39,529 nucleotides of DNA, from IMG/VR virus record IMGVR_UViG_3300005739_000034, positions 1 through 39,529 of that record. One strand, 5' to 3'. Both the position numbers and the translations under genes were made by a program. Below are positions 34,401-39,529 of this stretch, in pieces. Source of the stretch: a virus. Lineage: Duplodnaviria; Caudoviricetes. The notes beneath the pieces were generated by a model, which saw only the letters and a list, made by a program, of their open reading frames with translations, was not told where the DNA came from and did not search any database. Position 1 is the stretch's first letter; each line of letters begins with the position of its first letter.

Positions 34401-34858
34401 CCATTGTTGCTGACAAGTTTTCGATATCCGTTGGCAGCGTTTGGCAAATCGTTGGGCGAAGTTTGAGATTCCGAAACTTTGAGTGAGCGATCCGCAATGC
34501 GTTTTGTTTGTTGAACCAGCATGGTCAACTTGTCCAACGCCCTCTCATGGCTCGCCGCAGGAAAATCGCCACCTTCCGCGTAGCTTGTTGTCTGTGTGAC
34601 CGGAACCTCACGGTAGATTGTGAGTTTGCTGCTGGACGGGACCGCGGTTGTGGTCGTGAGTGTGCCGCCGGTTACATTACCCGCGCCGGTCAGCGAGAAT
34701 CCGCTTCCCAGCGACAGCGTGGTATCCACGCCGGACGAATTGGTCACCACCGCTTTGATGTGCGAGTTCTCGAAAAAGTAAAACGGCACAGCATACGACG
34801 CGGTCGTGCTGTTGTTTCCGTTGTATTGGATGCGGGATGTTTCGCTCTGGAGTGCCAT
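31490..34858 (-). CDS. Tailspike: gp17-like N-terminal anchor + pectate-lyase-like right-handed beta helix
   Basis: YNGNNSTTASYAVPFYF...ERALDKLTM anchor; INVLDFGADPTG...FPKGIYRI; repeated I[ST]xNx beta-helix turns. Confidence 0.85.
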   Translation of the reverse strand: MALQSETSRIQYNGNNSTTASYAVPFYFFENSHIKAVVTNSSGVDTTLSLGSGFSLTGAGNVTGGTLTTTTAVPSSSKLTIYREVPVTQTTSYAEGGDFPAASHERALDKLTMLVQQTKRIADRSLKVSESQTSPNDLPNAANGYRKLVSNNGAISWDTDANIPSPPNTGLSVALSNNGSIAWQDHRPLPQYPIGAGPFALLTAGAGQPASWGTMPTVAVGPITATGSDTPRLISDREADQINVLDFGADPTGVTNSHTQIQNAINAASNGDQILFPKGIYRIGARINIPFSKTGLKLHGNATLKAADGYFPQFFRIAGEKTTIDGLRFDGSFVAGTTPSRTSYSVAVNNSANFADKFHAIEINGIDITVKHCELFNIQGRGITAQLGVGAGVATYANDSFYGSGSNRSVAGTRIENNKLSNVYMGIVIQSTLDPTYIASIVPPSDFIISGNTVKNNSWEVKGSYARCIGTARFAFSGTPAAEIQNITVANNICITGGTTGIELYAESRNAIVANNFISGGDIAISMGGADDFSVTGNVAIGARDYCIEMANSSNGTITGNYMTNRKIDNTLPLNTEADWAGSVYGNSLSGISMSNAETLRNITISGNVAKEVISAIFCNTTLDNCNITGNVFESRLNNSASNVIQIQGSCNRNVNITNNIIRADSSNVLIGIRFGSNNIVNVPWVASTTFTEGQYAHYTGGPVSLNGLYYCKQTHTSAANFSTDWNNGSGKWNLVSKGWASGVVFTEFDTVVDSNGISYKVIAPHTATTLAADIASNKLALAVTRDGVISHNTLIGPFTRQEPILLENAQGVIVTDNSPLGSGDRTTEITTNQYLLSKSGGMPQWIVDNNVGTAQISGGQSSVVVSHGLEVAPDINVTPLNAMGDANKWWVDSIDGANFAIRVSPTLAAGQTAQFRWEAKRHGFTGVQAWMRVPANSATGWSRLIVPKLNHSLAQAEGYFASNGFTFECRLIARAESGFVTTVYFGGTGNEEGQALTARGLRVSLSGNNTNYDVAAAIHNGSSETIGTGISSPELRSISISWQPITVFGGTVIPNTGSRLIVTGEFPKGNRKVLAVSELNGPMNGLDFASNNLVVVVRKNLTSPTYSVPFEIGGMKFIRTN

Positions 34859-34904
34859 TGTGGTTTAGTCAAAAATGCTATTCGCGGGGTTCATGGCAAG
34901 AAAA

Positions 34905-37900
34905 TTATTCTTCATCCTTCGTCATTTTATCCCATAGCCCCGCAGCATCTTTTGCGATGTTCAACATTGCTGCAACAGATGCCACCGCCATGCTGCCGGT
35001 GACGGTCGCGGTGAGTTGCGCGTAGGATTGAATTCCCTTCACGACATCGCTTGCGTCTTCCCAGTTCCACGGTTTGAAATCTTTTCGCATGACCAGCGTC
35101 GGAATCCGGACCAGCGGATTCTCGCTGGAGTTGAAGACCGGCGATCCGAAGACCGCGTTGCCTGCCATTGCCAGCGCGGGACCGGCGAGGAAAAGACCGT
35201 TGAGGTGTCCCATGACTGCCGCCCGTGCGTAGTCTTCCCAGCGCACGATTTCCTGCTCGTCATCGTCGCGGAAAATGGATTGGAAAATGTCGGTGAGTGC
35301 TTCGGTGATGACACCCATTGCCACCCATCCCGCGGCGAATTTTTTGAGGTTGCGCTTCACATCACGACCGGCAGCGATTTCGCGGGCGATCATGTAATTG
35401 ATGGCAAACTTCTGCCGCGGCTCCGACGCGAACAAATACAGCAGGCGAACAAACGGACTCCGGTTTGCCTCCAACAGACTGCGATCCGTCAGCGATGCCG
35501 GTTGCGCGGTGCGCCGGACGCTGGCGTCCATGCGGTCAAGCGCAATGCTCTTTGCCGCCTCCTTGCTCAAGCCCTGCGCGAGCGCGGCGTTGTAGTGGTG
35601 GTCGAATGCGATTGCCGCTCCGAAGGTCGTGAGGAAAGCGTCCAGTTGCGCGATGTTGAGCATTCCGCGCTCTGCCAGCGCGAGCAGTTTACTGGGCGAC
35701 ATTCCCGCGCTCTGGTTGACTGCCCGCGCCTCCGGAGAATAGCCCGCCTCGATGCGGCGTTGAATGGTCGGGGAGTTCCAGATTTCCGGCAGGCTTGCCG
35801 ACAACTGCCCGCGGAAAAACTTGGTCAGTCCGCGAAGGTATTCATCGACGCCGATGTCGAGCGAGATTGCCATGCCCGCAGACCCTTGTTTGAACAGCGT
35901 GGACAGCGCGTAGCCCATGAACATTACCGCTTGAAGACCCATCTGCCGGTTGAGCATATCGCTGACAACTTCCAGCATTTTTCCGGAGTCGAGTCCGTTG
36001 CGGTCGAATGCCAGAATCCATTTCTTCATGCGCTCCGCGTCGGCTTCGCCAACCCGCGCCTTGATTGCGCGAACCACATCTGTTGAAGCAATCGTGCCGC
36101 GAAGTTCGCGCACCAGTTCGGCAAAGTTGATCCAGTAGTTCTGGGTCACCATGTGCGATTGGAAAACCGACAGAGCATTCATTCGCAGGATCGGCGCGTT
36201 GTGAGACACGCGCTGTTTGACGAAGCCAGCGTTCATGCCGGTCAGCGACGGTGACATTTCGTCCGGACCCATGACCGTGTCGGTCTGCGCGGTGTCGTAG
36301 GCAGTCGGCGCGTAGTTCCGGACCCGCGGCATATCCATTCCGTAGATTCTCCGGTAGACAGCGTTCACGCGGTCGTAGCCTTGCGAGTATTGCGAGCGCA
36401 GGTAGTCGAGCATGATCTGCCCGTTGTTCGACAGGAAGTCTTGCGACAGCGAGTCGATGTAGTCTTGCGTGTAGCCCTGCCGCTCCATCTTCACACGCAC
36501 ATCGTCCTGTGACCACATGAGGATGTCTTGAATCGCTTCCAATTCGGAAAGGCGTTGCTCCCGCGGGACGCCATTGGAAACGACGCGCTCCAACTCGATA
36601 AATTTCCGGCGGGCAATGTTTCCGGCAGGGATTGCGGACAACTCCGCGTTCAAGCGAAACAACTCCTCCCTGTCGAATCCCAGCGCGTTCCCTTTGTTTT
36701 CAAAGATTGCCGCGATGGCAGTCTGCATGGGGATGCGCTCGACTTTGACCTGTTTGCCCTCGTAGATGACTGCCTTGCTTTGGCGTGTCTCGTTGAGCTT
36801 CTGCAAGGCGTCGTTGAGTGCCGCCATTGTCTTCAGATTGATTTTGTCCCCGATGCCCATGCGCTGGATCATCACCAAACGGAAGTTGTTCTTCGCTTGA
36901 ATCTGTGCGTCCTCGAAAGCGTTGGTCGCCCGCCGGACCCGTGTCTCGTATTGGTTCGCGAGTTTGCCTTCTCCAAAGATTTTCCGGAGGTGCTGATACC
37001 ATGCAAGGTGACCCTCAAGGTAGTTCTGCGCCTTGCTCCACCAAGTGACCGATTCCTCTTTGCTCTTCTGCAACTGGGACGGCAACGCGCCGGTCGGCAC
37101 ATTCTGGTTGAGTTCGGTTTGCGCCTCGTTCCGGATGCGCTCGTATTCTTCCAGACGCAATTTTTCCTGCGCCTTCCATTGGTCGCGCCCGCGCAGGATC
37201 ACGCTCCGGAGCGATTCGTAGCTTTGCGCCAGCGATTCCGCGCTGTGCTGGTCCGCGGACGCCAGCGCACCGTAACGGTCCAGTAATGCCCATTCTTCCT
37301 GCAACTGCGCCAGCATTTCCGGTGTAGCCTCCGGATCGTTCATCTGTGCCTGTATGCCGGTGATCTTGTTGGCGACATCCTTCTGCTCCAGATCAATCAC
37401 GCTGGCGATGTAGTTTACAATGCGCTGCGCCTCCGGTCCGATCCGGCTCCGGTTGGTGCGGTTTTTGTCGGTTGTGTCGGAGAGGTTCTCGACCAGTTCG
37501 TTGATTTCCTCGATGTAGGCTCCGCGGAGGTATGCTTCCAACGCTTTGTCGGTCCGCTCGATTCGCTTCAACAGGTAGTTCATCCTGCCGCGGGCGGTTT
37601 TGTATCCCGCCAGTTTTTCCGCCCCGCCGATGTTCTTCCGCGCTTCCGGCGGGAGCATCGAAATCAACGCCTCCAGATACGCCACCGCTTCAATCTGTGA
37701 CAGCGGATCGTCGGGACGCTTTTGACTAAACCGGTCACGGATCGATTTGAACTTTTTGAGCGCGGCGGCAACCCGCTCGCGGCGGAATTTGGGATCGCCG
37801 TCCATCTGCGCGAGACGGTCGCGCAAGGTGTCGCCGGTCGCCGGTCGGACCGCGGCGGTTACAATTTGCGCTTGCTTCTGAAATTCACCTACCGCTTTTT

Positions 37901-39529
37901 CCTGCGCTTTGACTGCCTTGCCGTAGTCGGTGAAAACCTTTCCGTCTTTTGGTGAATGCCAAGCATGACCGGTAGAATCGTGCGCCATGAAAACCACATC
38001 CGGTTCACCGTTGTTAAATTCACGGAAAAGCGTTTTGTCCCATCCGTCCGGTGCTTGGGAATCATCCCATTTCAAACGGGACACAGCGACAAACCCGTGC
38101 GCCGAATAAAACTTCGGAAGGATGGTTTCAAACGCATCCAGTTTTGTGCCGCCTGCCGCAACAGCAAGTTCTATGATTGCCCTGCCTGCGCCTCCGGTGC
38201 TGAACACAGAAACAATGTCCCCGTCCGGCTTGACTCCAACTCCGCTCAACCCGTCTTTGGTGACAAACAACTGCATTTTTGCGTAGTCGTCTGCCGGATA
38301 CACATAAACGGAAGCACCAAATTTGTTGCTGGTTTTGCTTGCGGTGATTAGTTCAGCAAACCGTGCCGCGTTTTGAGGTGTCTGCTCTAATTCGTAAAAG
38401 AGAGGCGCGACATCCTGCCCCTTCGATACAGCGTCTGGAGAAGTGGCTTTAAGGATGCGGCGGAATGCTGGTCCCGCCTTCCATTCTGCTGTATAAGAAA
38501 CGCCAAGGTTTTTTAGAACCCGTGCGCTTTTGCCATCTCGTCCAGTTTCTCGATTGTAAGAGTAGGATATTCTTTCAGAAGTGCGCCTACCCAATCGGAT
38601 TCGTCTGACTCCAACCGCAGAGGTGAAGAGTTTTTTCTGCGTTGGAGTAAAGCCTCCAACTTTGCCCTGCTCCCCTTTACCCGCGGCTTGGCTTTGAGAT
38701 TCTGGTCGTGTTGTTGCTGTGAGTTCATCGTTGAGTGCTTTCTTTATTTTGCGCTCCGAAACGCCCTTTGCTCTGGCAACTCCTGCCGCGGCGTTGGCGT
38801 AATCCGGTGCTTCATCATCTTCGTAGCCTTCAACATTGCTGTCAGTATCCTCGTCCTCTTTTGCTGTCTCGTAAAGGCGTTTTTCGGCATACCACAGCAC
38901 CGCTTGAAGGTCCGCCATTGTCAGTTCGGCGTATTCCGGCATTGCCTTCAGTTCGGCAAGAATCTGTCCAAACACATGGCGAATGTAGTTGCGTTCATGC
39001 GGTCCGTCCGGAGCCTCTTTCTGCCCGTCAATTTCCTTGGCAAGGTTGTTGCCGGTTTTCCGAAGGTCCGATCCGCCTTCGACGGAATTCATCACATCGC
39101 GAAATTGTTTGTCCATCGACGCCTTTTGAATGGCGTTGGCGAGTTCATCGACGCTGTCATCGCTTTCGGTCAGACCTTCCATCGCGGCAATCAACCGCTC
39201 CCTGTCCTTCGGCTTGAGTTCGGTTTCTCCTTTGGTCTTGGTAACTTTTTTGAGTGACCGCAATCCCTCCGCAAGTTTGGCAACATCTGTTTTTGCCAGC
39301 GCATCCCGCAATGTCGTTCTTCCGCTGACGATCCGCGCTTCATCGCGCACGATCAATGTGCCGGTCCATCGTCCCCATGTCCGGACCAACCAACGGTCCA
39401 TCGTCAAGGCGTCGAAATACCCGTAGAGGTTTGAGAAAAATTCGTTGCCGATTTTGGGACCAAGGATCGCGGAACCGCGGACCATTGTTGCGGCGTGTTC
39501 CCCGCTGGGAGTCAAATCCGGAGACAGTC
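34905..39529 (-). CDS. Giant internal virion/polyvalent protein, C-terminal part (continues from base 1)
   Basis: Frame is open to the window end. Base 1 plus bases 39529-39528 make GGA, giving ...QEIS-G-LSPDLTPSGEH. Contains GPKIGN...TMDRW...LQAVLW and GNAT-like LPKFYSAHGF. Confidence 0.9.
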   Translation of the reverse strand, partial: LSPDLTPSGEHAATMVRGSAILGPKIGNEFFSNLYGYFDALTMDRWLVRTWGRWTGTLIVRDEARIVSGRTTLRDALAKTDVAKLAEGLRSLKKVTKTKGETELKPKDRERLIAAMEGLTESDDSVDELANAIQKASMDKQFRDVMNSVEGGSDLRKTGNNLAKEIDGQKEAPDGPHERNYIRHVFGQILAELKAMPEYAELTMADLQAVLWYAEKRLYETAKEDEDTDSNVEGYEDDEAPDYANAAAGVARAKGVSERKIKKALNDELTATTRPESQSQAAGKGEQGKVGGFTPTQKKLFTSAVGVRRIRLGRRTSERISYSYNRETGRDGKSARVLKNLGVSYTAEWKAGPAFRRILKATSPDAVSKGQDVAPLFYELEQTPQNAARFAELITASKTSNKFGASVYVYPADDYAKMQLFVTKDGLSGVGVKPDGDIVSVFSTGGAGRAIIELAVAAGGTKLDAFETILPKFYSAHGFVAVSRLKWDDSQAPDGWDKTLFREFNNGEPDVVFMAHDSTGHAWHSPKDGKVFTDYGKAVKAQEKAVGEFQKQAQIVTAAVRPATGDTLRDRLAQMDGDPKFRRERVAAALKKFKSIRDRFSQKRPDDPLSQIEAVAYLEALISMLPPEARKNIGGAEKLAGYKTARGRMNYLLKRIERTDKALEAYLRGAYIEEINELVENLSDTTDKNRTNRSRIGPEAQRIVNYIASVIDLEQKDVANKITGIQAQMNDPEATPEMLAQLQEEWALLDRYGALASADQHSAESLAQSYESLRSVILRGRDQWKAQEKLRLEEYERIRNEAQTELNQNVPTGALPSQLQKSKEESVTWWSKAQNYLEGHLAWYQHLRKIFGEGKLANQYETRVRRATNAFEDAQIQAKNNFRLVMIQRMGIGDKINLKTMAALNDALQKLNETRQSKAVIYEGKQVKVERIPMQTAIAAIFENKGNALGFDREELFRLNAELSAIPAGNIARRKFIELERVVSNGVPREQRLSELEAIQDILMWSQDDVRVKMERQGYTQDYIDSLSQDFLSNNGQIMLDYLRSQYSQGYDRVNAVYRRIYGMDMPRVRNYAPTAYDTAQTDTVMGPDEMSPSLTGMNAGFVKQRVSHNAPILRMNALSVFQSHMVTQNYWINFAELVRELRGTIASTDVVRAIKARVGEADAERMKKWILAFDRNGLDSGKMLEVVSDMLNRQMGLQAVMFMGYALSTLFKQGSAGMAISLDIGVDEYLRGLTKFFRGQLSASLPEIWNSPTIQRRIEAGYSPEARAVNQSAGMSPSKLLALAERGMLNIAQLDAFLTTFGAAIAFDHHYNAALAQGLSKEAAKSIALDRMDASVRRTAQPASLTDRSLLEANRSPFVRLLYLFASEPRQKFAINYMIAREIAAGRDVKRNLKKFAAGWVAMGVITEALTDIFQSIFRDDDEQEIVRWEDYARAAVMGHLNGLFLAGPALAMAGNAVFGSPVFNSSENPLVRIPTLVMRKDFKPWNWEDASDVVKGIQSYAQLTATVTGSMAVASVAAMLNIAKDAAGLWDKMTKDEE
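38513..38728 (-). CDS. Candidate overprinted 71-aa ORF nested in the giant gene (alternative frame)
   Basis: ATG to TAA with an A-rich upstream region; protein-like C-terminus DWVGALLKEYPTLTIEKLDEMAKAHGF; the main frame here reads as an R/S/G-rich linker. Confidence 0.5.
   Translation of the reverse strand: MNSQQQHDQNLKAKPRVKGSRAKLEALLQRRKNSSPLRLESDESDWVGALLKEYPTLTIEKLDEMAKAHGF

Larger units (their letters stand above)
7321..37732. repeat. Dispersed motif TTTTTGACTAAACC, 8 copies in both orientations
   Basis: Minus sense: 7321-7334, 14118-14129 (12 nt), 29746-29759, 34862-34875. Plus sense: 17455-17468, 20676-20689, 20946-20959, 37720-37732 (13 nt). Partial copy at 26939-26948. Confidence 0.85.
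1..39529. mobile_element. Complete circularised temperate podovirus-type phage genome
   Basis: The reading frame is continuous across the 1/39529 junction. Head, tail, lysis, replication and integration genes are all present, with an intact attP-like site beside the integrase. Confidence 0.9.

Noticed and set aside
29954-34858. Diversity-generating retroelement acting on tail genes (as in BPP-1)
   Set aside because: No reverse transcriptase ORF and no TR/VR repeat pair seen.
7321-37732. TTTTTGACTAAACC copies as CRISPR repeats or simple -35 boxes
   Set aside because: Dispersed, short and in both orientations with no spacer array; several lie too close to start codons and lack a correctly spaced -10.

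Overview
The window is best read as the complete circularised genome (39,529 bp) of a temperate podovirus-type phage. One open minus-strand frame runs off base 1 and continues in frame at base 39529. This gives a 2814-aa internal-virion/polyvalent protein (3820->1 joined to 39529->34905) that the ORF track misses. All supported genes are on the minus strand except a tyrosine integrase next to an intact attP (tRNA-Cys-like 3' core with arm-type repeats). In minus-strand order the modules are: early region (sigma70 promoter, two ribbon-helix-helix regulators, RecT/RecE, RusA, initiator, DnaC-like loader, SSB-like); packaging (terS, then an inserted TGT/DpdA-like + QueD pair, then terL); T7/BPP-1-type head and tail; ejection proteins; tailspike and fibre; and a lysis cassette. 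I recognised no DNA or RNA polymerase. The most unusual features are: (1) a tail adaptor made of five tandem gp11-like domains in one 929-aa chain; (2) ASCH, HhH-glycosylase-like and GNAT-like cassettes in the giant protein, bounded by repeated TAA[IV]R motifs, with a small ORF overprinted before the GNAT; (3) a minimal QueD + TGT-fold module; (4) a 14-bp motif TTTTTGACTAAACC in 8 copies, mostly at gene junctions. Functional calls come from motif recognition by eye; no searches were run.
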